Part shown: positions 25,901 to 37,530 of the stretch, in pieces | How positions within the stretch are numbered: the stretch's first letter is position 1 | Layout: every line of letters starts with the position of its first letter | From: Raillietiella orientalis | Lineage: Eukaryota | Length of the DNA: 64,000 nt | Assembly: GCA_036172245.1 (NCBI GenBank) | Contig: JAYWIR010000037.1 | Coordinates: 62,001-126,000, forward strand | Reading direction: 5' to 3' | The notes under the pieces: model-generated | Told to the model about the DNA's origin: nothing | The model's input: the letters and a program-made list of their open reading frames with translations, nothing else | Databases searched by the model: none | Position numbers and translations under genes: made by a program

Positions 25901-28597
25901 AGAGAATTTAAAGTCTGTTTCTTAGAAGCAGCTCTAGAAGCTCTATCAAAAGCCTCCATCCAGTACAGTACAACAGAAGCATGTATTTCAAGGACTACAA
26001 CGGAGGCTACTAGTATTTATAGTCAGTAGATGCTTACAGGGTACAACTGTTAACAAGAGCAGTTACCGGAAGATATCCTGAAGTTGCTTCCTGAGGATAA
26101 TATCCGTTGATGGGAGAACCAAGAAGCAGTTGAACTCTGGAGTGGTTTCCGAGATCTACTCCCACAATAAAACTCCTCTTCGATTCCCATCTTGCTCATG
26201 ATGGTCGATCGTAAAGTGAAAATAAGGATGTCCAGTTCAAGAGAAAAACTGATATTCATACATCCAGTAGAAAACGTTAAGCCCCACAAGCTCTAGAGGA
26301 ACTCAAACATTTTCCGGTTTCAGATTGCATACTCTAGACTTAGTGGGGGATCTCTAGATATGAAAACGGACTGCATTATTAAAATCGCAAACCTGCGTTT
26401 TTTTTTTTTTTTCATGTTCCCTGTATAGTAGCCCTTATTCATAAAACGGACGAACCACTGAGCAGTTTTATTACAGCGAATTTTTCAATGATCATCTTAA
26501 TAAACATTGCTTCTAAATGAACACACTGTTGGATAAAAGTATCTACTATCTGCTTTTTTTCTCTACTAATTTTGCTGATCCTAGTCCTAAGAAACTGGCC
26601 GCCCTTGCCATCTTAGTGGATACTGAGTCAATTGATTCCTCCCCACCCCCCACGAAGGCTTCGGAAATTTGGAGTTTACATGAATTGAGAAGCTCTCAGT
26701 GGATTTCTAAAGCTTTCCACAGGACATCTTCGTGTTTGGCCACTCTGAGATGATTTTTACGAACTGTAGTGTTCTAAATGTATAAAAAATGAGTCTCTAT
26801 GACTTGAATTTCATAATAAGTAAAGTATTTCAGCTCATACTTTTCTGCTTTGTGTAATTCTCATGTTCACGTTACAACGGTTACGGGAACACTGAGAACA
26901 AACATCCATATTTGCTGGGAAATTCCAACACTGAAATTTCCAAGGACTAATAAAGTTAAACTAAACAAGATTGGGACACAGTTAAAACTGCTATTTACAA
27001 TATATATATTTGGAACATCAAGAAACAAAGTTATGTACTTTGAGGTTCCAAGATTGCAAGGTATCCAAGAAAATAGTAATGCCTGCTAATCTTTGGACAG
27101 AAAGAGAGAAAATGATCTATTGGGAAAGGAAATTTTGAGAAGAAAATTCAAAGTACAGGGAATACAAGGAAATTAATCATTTGCTGCTGCTGAACCCTTC
27201 AGAGTCACATTTCCGCAAGTCTAATACACATTTCAATGTGAATAGTCATGCAATACCGTATTCGACCATAACAGAATTAAACAACTCTTTACACAAAAAT
27301 GGCATGCATCTCAACTTTAGTTTCTACATTGAAAAAGGCGTAAAGAAACAGTAACAAAGGATTCTGAATACGCGTTTTAAAAGTTTCAGGAATTTTCGAT
27401 TCCAACCACACAAATGTCAAAATAGAGCTAAACGTAATAAATTTTCAAAAATATCAATGTTACAAATTGTACGACATTGATTTCTGAGTTGTCGTTTCGA
27501 GTGCTTATTCAAAGCAGTGTATTTTCGAGTGCGCAGAACAAATGTTGGAATTATTGATGCTTTTTTGGAGAGGGATTAGATATGATCTTTGTGAATTCTA
27601 TTAGTTCATAAGTCCTTTTATTTCCTCTTTGTAATCGCAAGTTTTGCATCAAGATAACCTAAGAGCTCACTTGTTTTAAAACACTGCTTTCCATCCTATA
27701 TCGAAGGCTTAGATCTCTAAATTTTTCAGTCCCAAGTGTACTTCTGTTTTGCTGATTTTGTTTAAGAACTGACTCAGGAATTGATTTCTACAAGGAAATC
27801 ACAAATTTCAAAGTATTTCTATTTGTCTGCTTAAGTTCCTTTTCTTGTGTCGGATGATCAAGTTGTCAAATAGGATGAATCCAAATGGCATAAATACCTA
27901 TTGCTTGTCATCCGAATATTTCCCAATTTTAAATGTGTACTAATTACTTTGTTATTTATGATGCAATTCTGTATCGTGTTTTTGTTTTCTTATCTATGGA
28001 AGGTACTTAATTTCTCTACTAAATTTATGTGAAGGTGCTTGGTGTTTTTTCTTGAACTTCAGTTTCAATAATGTTTCGTCATCTCTTTGTGCATGTTTCC
28101 AAAACATTTTTTTTTTTTCAAAAAAAAAGCTTAGTATTCCTTTTTTCCTTACAGAGAGTGATATTATAGTCATTAGATTTTTTGTGTTTGGATACTTATA
28201 ACTTCATTCAGTTTTTCAAACATTCTGGAGGTCTATTTCTAAAATGAAATGTAAATCTAAAGAGCATTAAGGATTTTTAGTGCATTTCTTTAGATGGAAT
28301 CTTTTTCGTTTGCTAACAAGAGTGGGATATTTGAAATTTTTTCCTGTCAATTGAGAAATAAAACTACAGATATTGGGCTACAGAAACCTTTTGAACAATT
28401 TACTCCTTCATCCAAGGTTTAAGTATGGTTTATTTAATAGCATTTTAGCATGTGTATCCAAATATTTTAATTCTTTTCACGAAGTGCATCATATTGGCGG
28501 AAATATTTCATTTTTTCTGAAAAGCAATTTTGACTTTGCCAAGCCATCAATAGAATATGTGATCAGAATCGTCGTAGTCTGGTTCTTCAAACCTGGC

Positions 28598-28638
28598 ATT
28601 TTTCTCTATTATTGGCTTAGCCAATAATAGAGAAAAAT
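28598..28638. repeat. Perfect 20-bp inverted repeat with 1-nt spacer
   Basis: ATTTTTCTCTATTATTGGCT-T-AGCCAATAATAGAGAAAAAT. Confidence 0.95.
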
Positions 28639-29593
28639 AGTGTGGATTGTGCTGTTAATCATTTTATAAAAATTATGAGAATTCCACTTTGAATTAGAAT
28701 AGTGCGAAACATTTTGAATTATTTCAGGCCATTTCCATGCATTTGTTTCAAATAACGGTCATTCAGAAGTTTCTGGAGTGCAACGCTTCAGAGATCAATG
28801 ATGTGCTATTTTAGAGACAAAAATATCGAAGAAATATTTCAGCTTTAAACAATTTTAGGTGTTTTAAGAAAACCTGCAAAGCAGAGCAGGTTTGCAATTG
28901 TATATTTAGAGAACTATGCTTCCGAAGCTCTAATTACACGAGAAATGATAATCCGAATTTTCAGTAAATGCTGTTTTTCATATGTGCTCCAAGCTCATCA
29001 TATTAAAGCAAGTCTTCATAAATTACTCATAAAAGTATCAAAACTTCTGTAGCTCGAAATTTACTGTACGCTTTCATCTTTCTATTAAAATTTGCATATT
29101 TTATTTTCCCCGCTGTGAAGTTTTTTGTTTCTGTATTTAAAATGGGATCATTTTTGCATTTTTAAATGCAGTTATAAATATTAGAAGTATAAATGAAGTG
29201 ATAATGATTTTATGTGTCTCGTGCCATTATTTTCGCAAACAATCATTTCAGACCTCATATTGAACTATATTGTACAATTCTTTTTCACTCACAATGGTAA
29301 TGCTGCATGGGGATGTTGTCTCGTGATTACCGTGATTGGAGTAGTGAAGCGGTCTTGGTGAGGGTGGCCTTCATGAAAGAGGCTTTTAAGCTTAAGGTTT
29401 TCATAATTGGAATTAATTCTTTAGGATAAGAACTTTAACGTAGAAAAAAGAGTTACTGTTTCGAAATCCATTGTATATTGTGAGGAAGTTTCAGTTATAT
29501 CTGATTCTCTAAATTCATCGGTTTTATAATATTTGTAAAAAATGTACATGCCTTTACGTGAAGTGTATTTGTAATGGATTTTAAGGTCATTTA

Positions 29594-32500
29594 ATGGCGA
29601 AAAAAACAGTGGAAAAAGAAGCCAGCGATGATCAAGAGACAAATAATGCTGGTAGTGAAAATGAGCCCGATTTCAGTGATCCAGAGGATTTTGTGGATGA
29701 TATCCGTGATACCGGTATGCCTTTTCAAAACTTTCTGATGAATTTGTTGTAACACCTTGCTCGTCTCTTGGATGCTAGATCTATTAAACCCGAAAAATGT
29801 ATTTTCTAGACTTGTTGGATGATATTTTGGAACAGCAGCCTAGAAGAGTTGCAGGAACGGATAACATGATTGTTGTTGATGGCGTACCACAAGTTGGTGC
29901 TGATAGACTTGAAAAATTGCAGTTTGTGTTGCGTAAAACGTTTTCAAAATTCGGAAACATCATTAACGAATATTATCCCGCTGGAGAAAATGGTGTGACC
30001 AAAGGGTGAGTAATTCATAATTACGGAAGTGCTGTGTGAAATTTCCGCTTATCTTTATGTTATGCAGTTGGAAGTGCGACTAAATACATTTTATGTAGCT
30101 GTATTGTTTTTTCTTTTGAATTTAAACTTTGGGGACTATTTTAAGATTCATCTTCATTGAATTTGACAATCACCTACATGCCATTGATGCTGTAAAGAAT
30201 GCTAATGGTCTGAAACTGGATAAAAGCCATACCTTCATAGTGAATCTATTTAGTGAATTTGAAAGGTAATGAGGTTCGTCATAATGTATGAAAAATTTAC
30301 TTATCTTTGAGTTATCAACTTCTGTGCAATATGCAACAATTATATCTTTAATAAAATATCTCTCTAATTTTACAAAGGTATGAGAATGTGCCTCATAATT
30401 GGGAACCTCCTGAACCCCAACCTTATAAAGAATTGGGCAATCTTCATTATTATCTAGAAGATCCAGACTGTTATGACCAGTATAGTGTTATGTTTGATGC
30501 TGGTGAGAAAGTGGCCATTTACCTAAATTCTTTTCCAGAACGCACATTGCTTGAGGAGAAAATTGTGAGTTGTTATTTACGTATTTGTAAGACTTGTCAT
30601 TAATTTAGAGATGGACTGAAACATACATAAAATGGTCACCTCTTGGTACTTACCTTGCAACATTTCATGATAAAGGTGTTGCTTTGTGGGGAGGTGAGCA
30701 TTTTAAACAGCTAATGAAGTTTACGCATCCTGGAGCTCAAGTTTTGGATTTCTCCAATTGTGAAAAGTAAATTTTATATTGTTTGCATTCAAACATTTTA
30801 TACTTTAATGACAAAATTTGTACACTTTGTTACTATTCAATTCCCATCTGAAATGGTCTCAAATGGTTGTCTTAAGAGACATTAATAGTTTATTCTACTT
30901 ATGACTTCTGTTATTAATGAAAAATCTTGCTTTGAATATGTAGTAATGCAGTGATGTATGAGATTTATTTTCCAGTAATTATTAATGAACAGAAATGGGT
31001 TATTAAAAGAAAAAATCCGAACCCCAACCTCTTTCTTGATGTTTGCAGAAAGCTTGAAGCACAAAAAATATGTGAAAAGTTTTAATGATAGTTTGGATTA
31101 TAGATATGAATAGACAGTTTAAGATTTTTTTTTTTTCCATCATGACAAAAAAGCAGTAGCTGCCTTTATTTTGAATTTGTATTTCTGATAAGGTTTTGAG
31201 AAATGTTAGCTAGTGCCTTTAGAGTCTTCACAAGAAGAAGAATATTGAAGACATATTTTTGAGGACATATTAAATTACCAGAATTTTCGGGTTTTTTTGC
31301 ATTCGTATATATGCAGATGTTTATGTTACAGTATTTTCATATCTATGTACAGTTTTCTTTAATTGCATGATTCAGTTTTGAAGCTCGGAGTTTTTTTTTT
31401 TTTTTTAAATCCATCATTGTTCCTTGTCTATACTAGATACCTTGTTACCTTTTCTTCTTTGGTGGATACCAAACATTCATTAGAAGATCCCCAATCAGTG
31501 ATTGTATGGGAAATTCGTACTCAGAAAAAAAAACGCACGTTCAGTGCAGACAAAACTCCTGTTTGGCCCATGCTGAAGTGGTCCTACGATGATAAGTATT
31601 TTGCAAAACTGGGAACAGATATGCTTAGTGTTTATGAAACTCCGGTATGATAAGTGATTGGAATTTCAGCATACCTAATTTTTATATAGTCATTTGGTTT
31701 ATTGGATAAAAAGAGCATCAAGATTCCTGGTGTGAAAGACTATAGTTGGTCACCTGTTGCCAACATTCTTGCTTACTGGGTTCCAGAAGACAAAGAGATT
31801 CCAGCTCGTGTTACTCTCTTGGAAATTCCTTCGTAAGTAAAACAGTTCTGTGCATATGTAGGTGATGTACTTTTTTTCCAGGAGAAAGGAAATTCGTGTG
31901 AAAAATCTTTTTAATTTTGCCAGCTGTAAAATGCATTGGCAGCGTTCTGGTGATTATTTATGTGTAAAGGTTGATCGTTATACCAAGTCCAAGAAAGGAG
32001 AGCATGATGAACTAAAATACACTGTGAGTTAACATAGATGTCATCTAGAGTTTCTAGCTTTCCATCAGGGCATGTACTGTAATTTTGAAATCTTCCACCT
32101 CCAAGAGAAGCAGATCCCTGTAGATAATGTAGAAATTAAGGAAACAATCCATGCTTTTGCTTGGGAACCTGTTGGTTCTAAATTTGCTGTGATTCATGGT
32201 GAAAATTCCAACATTTGTGTGAGTTTCTATGGTGTAAAAAGTGGGCAGAAGCCAGTATTGCTCAGTGAGTGTCTGGGTGGTTAAAAAGAAAATACTAAGT
32301 TATTGTGTTAGAACGGTTTGAAAAGGAAAATTGCAATCATTTATATTGGAGTCCACAGGGGCAATTCATTGTTCTGGCTGGACTTCGGAGCATCAATGGT
32401 GTATTCAAATTTGTTGATACTTCTGACTTCACAACCATGGGAACAGCTGAACATTTTATGGCTACCGATGTAGAATGGGATCCCACTGGGCGCTATGTAG

Positions 32501-32986
32501 TGACTGGTGTATCTTGGTGGGGACATAAAGTGGACACAGGATACTATCTCTGGACATTTCAAGGAAAAAATCTTCAGCGTTATGATTTAGAAAAATTTTG
32601 TCAGTTGTTGTGGAGACCTAGACCACCTGGACTGCTTACAGCTGCACAAATTAAAGAAATCAAGAAAAACTTGAAGGAAAAATACAGTGCACAGTTTGAT
32701 TTGAAAGATAAAATGAGATTAAGTCGTGAATCTAAGGAACTTTTGGAGAGAAGGCAGCATTTACTGAGAGAATTTGAGGAATTCCGTAACAGAAAAAAAA
32801 TGAAATACATGCAGGAGAAAAAGATGCGTATGCAATTACGTAACAGTAAGCAGATGATTTGAAACGTTTTCATTATGTGTGTCATCTATTTCAGATACAG
32901 ATACTGATAATTTAGGTAATGGTTCTGAAGATCAAGAACAAGATACTATTGAAGTACTTCTAAAAGAAACCATCACAGAGGCTTAG
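29594..32986 (+). CDS. EIF3B: Eukaryotic translation initiation factor 3 subunit B, 11 exons, ~698 aa
   Basis: [16 protein letters not shown] ([37 protein letters not shown]); [59 protein letters not shown]. Exons 29594-29714, 29810-30005, 30146-30265, 30378-30564, 30609-30766, 31437-31644, 31690-31832, 31882-32023, 32069-32264, 32312-32845, 32895-32986 (2097 nt). AATAAA at ~33028. Confidence 0.97.
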
Positions 32987-35793
32987 TTAATTTGGGGTGT
33001 CAGACAACAAGCTCATTATTAAAGATCAATAAAGTGGTGCTACTTGTTTTATCTTGTTCATATTCTGACCATGCTTTTTACTACATGTAGAATGCTGGAA
33101 AAATTCATTTAGAACATGATTATGTCAAAGTCATCAATGCAAATATCTCTATGTGTATTTGTTTCAGTTTTGAATTTTGAAATAATTTTTCATGTGCATT
33201 CACTGAAATTATCCAATTTCTTCTGAATGTCTGGTAAAGAAAAGAAAACAGGTAAATGTTCGTAATAAAGGCATAATGAATGGATATATGATAAAATTCA
33301 TTGCTCTTGTCATAGATTTTTTCAGAATGTGGAAATAGTTTTTTTTTTTTTTTTTTGCCTTGTACAGCAACTTTGTAGGAACAAAATTATTATCAAAGGA
33401 ACAAAATTATTAGGTAATGATTTGCAATGGAACAGCAAGTATAATTTGGAAATTTCAGAAAACCAAACTATTTCATATGTTAAATTTCAGGATATCAGGC
33501 AGAAATGGAAATGCAGCATTCCTTGCACAGCATATTTTTAAAGGATTCATAAGTTACTTTTTGTTGTTGATTATGTTATTTCTGATTATTTCATTTGCAA
33601 TTATGGAAGTGAAATAGCATATTTATGACCATTGGATTTTTATTCATTTAAATTTTTTGCTTAAATTAGCACAAACTGAAATTTTACATGTATAATCAAA
33701 GTTCACAGGTATGTGTAACAAAAAAAAAGTTTCATTATCGTTTGTGCGTTTATTTCAAATGAGAAACTAAAAAGCATTTGCATCTGAAAAGATACAAGAT
33801 ATAGTTTGGATAAAGATTTGCATTTCTGTTATCATCATCCTTTATCTGAATATGATTTTTTAGAAGAAAACAGGGAGGATGTGTTAGAAAGCTAAGAATG
33901 TATGAGAATTTAATTCACTTCATTTAGACTTGGCTAATTGCAGAAATCAAGTAACTGTAATCCCATGTAATTTGTGGCCCTATAGGTTTTGTTTGTTTTG
34001 TTAAATTAATCTCAAAACTGAACATTGAGTCTCGGAATTTGTGCTTGTAAAGCCTTTTTAGATTTGTGAATGGAAATTCTTGATTTGTAAATTTGTTTAT
34101 ATAGTCTAAGTAGTGTTTAAGTAGCCTTTGGAGAATGGCCCAGATCCTTACAGTATTCAAAACAAATTACAAAGGTAGTTTAAAAATATGAATTTGGAAT
34201 CCTTTATTGAACAAAAAATCTGTCCTTGTGAGCAATGACATATTTGCTTTTGTATTTAGATTCATTGCTTTTCTTAAATCATTTATCCAATTAGTAGTCC
34301 CACTTCAAAATTTAGTTGGGATTTAATTTAAGTATTTTAATTACATTTTTCAATTACATTACTTCTGAATTGCACAAGCAAAGAAACAAAGGCAGACTTT
34401 GATTGTATGCTGATTACTTATGTGCAATACAGAAATAATTTCTTTTTGAGTGCAGCATCTACTTTGGTTATAAGCTTATAATTTCAATCTTTTCAAAAAT
34501 TTTGTGCTTAATGAATAAAAGGTGAATGGTGCATAAAAGAACAAAAATTCTGAACTACGTTCATAACTTAATTGTTTGAAGGCATAAGAGCAGTATGTTT
34601 TTGAATGTACAAAGCAGAATTGGCTATGAAATTTGCACAAATGTGAATATTTCAAACATTACAATGTAATATTTAAAATTGCTTTCATTTTTGTTGTCTA
34701 TTTAGCTCTTCCTGGAGTGTTTTGTTTATTATTGGATGTAGCTCAGAAGCCTACTTCAACAAATAGCTTCAAGTTGTCTGTAGTTCCAGTTGCCAGATAT
34801 CCACAAAATTCAAGAAAAGCACATGGGACCCTCTAAAGCTTAACACCATAAATTTGTTTAGAATTTTGTGGAATCTGTATTCTTTAAGTTTTAAGTTTAT
34901 GTGTAAAGTTTCAAGTTATTTACATTGGTGTCCAGTTTCTGTTAAATATTAATTTCTGAATAAGGATCATAAATCGTGGCAAGTCAATTGGTACTTTCAC
35001 AAGGTATCCTAATGAAGTGGTGTGCTTCAATTCATGATAATTTTCTTAGCATAACATTTTTATTGCAATTAATACTCTTATTCTGAACAGCAGTCAGTAT
35101 ATGTTTTGGTAGGTTAATGTCTGTAAAATTAAAGCATGAGCTTGAAAACAAGTTTATGACCATATTGATTGCCATAAGTTTGATCAATATCCTAAATTCG
35201 GCATTGTTGACAGAGTGAACATAGGTGTTGAGTTTTAGCAAACTGCAAAACAAAATGTTGAGTGAATATACATTAGCTTTATAAAAAGTACTTGTAGATG
35301 TCAGTTTGGAAAATGGATTTTAAAAACACAGGCAAACAGTATGCTAATACCAATGATTGTATTATATATTTTTGGAATTTGACATTCTTAAATATTGAAA
35401 ATAAATTCATTCAAGTTAAGATTTGCAATCATTTTATTCAGATATATGTTTTCAAACGCACTTTCAAGTTTTATATGTTGCATGACACAATTCGGTAAAA
35501 TGTAAAATGTATTACAGTTTACATTTTGTATGTAATAATCTATAATGTGTTTGTTCAAGGTTTTAGAATCATTGCTCAACATTGACTTATGGCTGATTTA
35601 AAAATGATGCCAGAATCTTTGGAGATTTGGATGTAACTATAACTTTGTATCTACTTCTTAAAATGTTTAAAAGATGTTTTAAAAGTAATGTTTTTTGCGC
35701 ATAAAAAAGGGCAAAAAGCCTGGGGCTACATGGATTGGAATACCATCCACTAGTATAAATGAAAACTGGAAAGCCATTAATGACTAAGTAATA

Positions 35794-37301
35794 ATGCTTA
35801 GTGGTAACACGTACCATTCGGGAGATGTACCGTATTTTGAAAAAAGGCCTTCAAACAAGAACGTTACTGCAGATTCGGATACTCAAATCTGGAAACCAAT
35901 AGATTGTTCGGCTGCAATTAACTGTGAATTTAGAAGAATCATGAACTCTGCTATACATTTTGAAGACGCTGATTCTCAAAATAACATGCTCTATCTTGAT
36001 CGGTCTTCAGCAAGTGCTTACCAATTGCAATCAGTGACAACCACTGAAAATATTGCATCAAATAGGAAAACTTCATCCGAAAATATGAATTACTTGTTTC
36101 AAGAAACAAGTGAGGGATTCCTAAATTATGAAGAATTTTATTCACTAATTAATAATCAAATATTGGAAAGGGATTTTGCAAAAGCGCAATTTATACAATG
36201 GTTATACGAGTTTATAAAATTTGCTTTGAAACTCAGTAAGGAGAAAATGCAAAATCATGTGGAGGAGCTTCAAACAAGATGGACAAAAAATAAGGAATTG
36301 GAATGTCAATCCCTAAAATTGCATTTTGAAAACAATTTGAAGGAATATGAGCTTAAAATTAAGCAAATGGAAGAATTGTTGAAACAATTAAAAGAAAATA
36401 ATAGTCACGCAAAGATAAAATCCAAAGAATTACAAAAGATTCAGTCATATTTCGATTTGCAGCAAAGACTGAACAAATCTATGTACGAAACCAAGGTACA
36501 CCTTCATTTTATTTGACGTCATTTAAGTATTTATCGAGTGCAAAATGTAGACTGTAGAATACGAGGAAACTCAAATTAGCGCATGGATTATCTGGGGTTA
36601 GCTATAGGCATTCAGAACTCTTGAAGTATTTGTAGATTTCTGAATTTATCTGTGGATGGTGATCTCGCACTTAGATTTGAATACAGTTCAAATAAATAAA
36701 AATCGAAATATGTGTGCATACACTGAAACGAAACATATTGCTATAACACTGAGTAACTGAAATCTGTAACGTACGAAGGCAATTGAGTCACTTGAAACAA
36801 TAACAATGAAGCGGGCCCGTATACGATGGTTTCTTACAAATGGGTGCTTTTCTGAAATTCTGAAGCACCAATTATTTCCTCAAGATTTATAAAACGCCCT
36901 TGTCAATATTGAATACGTGTAAATTTTCAGTTGCGGGAATTTGAAAACAGCAATGAAATGGCACGAATCGAATTGAAAAAACAGCATATTTCTGCTTTAA
37001 AAGAGTTTAAAGAAGACATACAAAACAAACTGAAAAAATTAGAAGTTACTTGTGCACCTAAACTTTCAAAAATATATTCAAAAACACAAGATCTCTATGT
37101 CAGTATTCTTTTTTTGCAAATTGCATAACTCATTAATCAAAATGCACTTTTGTTTAAAAAGATGAAAATTAACAATATGCAAGAGCTCACAGATAGCAAA
37201 GATCAGGGGAATAGTACCTTGAAACAAACAATGAATGAGTCTGGGGGTAAGTTTTGTAAAAATGTCATAAAGTAAATTGTTTATTAGGTGCCACCAAATG
37301 A
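35794..37301 (+). CDS. Unidentified coiled-coil protein, 4 exons, ~322 aa
   Basis: 240-codon ORF with heptad-like E/K/L/Q-rich C-terminal half. Proposed exons 35794-36495, 36931-37098, 37162-37246, 37288-37301 (969 nt, phases consistent, ends GATK*). Some splice sites are weak. Confidence 0.6.
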
Positions 37302-37530
37302 AACACGTCAGAAGACCCGAAAGATCCCAAAATGTTGCCTGTTTTGCAACAATTATTTTGATGACCGAATTTCCTTTGTTGCCAAAAATTTTTAGTAGAT
37401 AAAGAATCTATTATTTATAACACAAACTTTAGTCAGTTAACCAGTATAACAGGTATTTCATATTTTTAGTTTTACATCTTTCCTGAATAAAGACAAAAAA
37501 TTAAATGCCAACAAACTTGAAGATAGAATC

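Noticed and set aside
18316..32986. Two translation factors (eRF3, eIF3b) head-to-head as a co-regulated pair
   Set aside because: The start codons are ~8.6 kb apart with repeat remnants between them; housekeeping-gene clustering is a sufficient explanation.
36627..36650. TATTTGTAGATTTCTGAATTTAT resembling miR-10
   Set aside because: The seed differs from miR-10 (ACCCUGU) and there is no Hox context; kept only as an unassigned hairpin.
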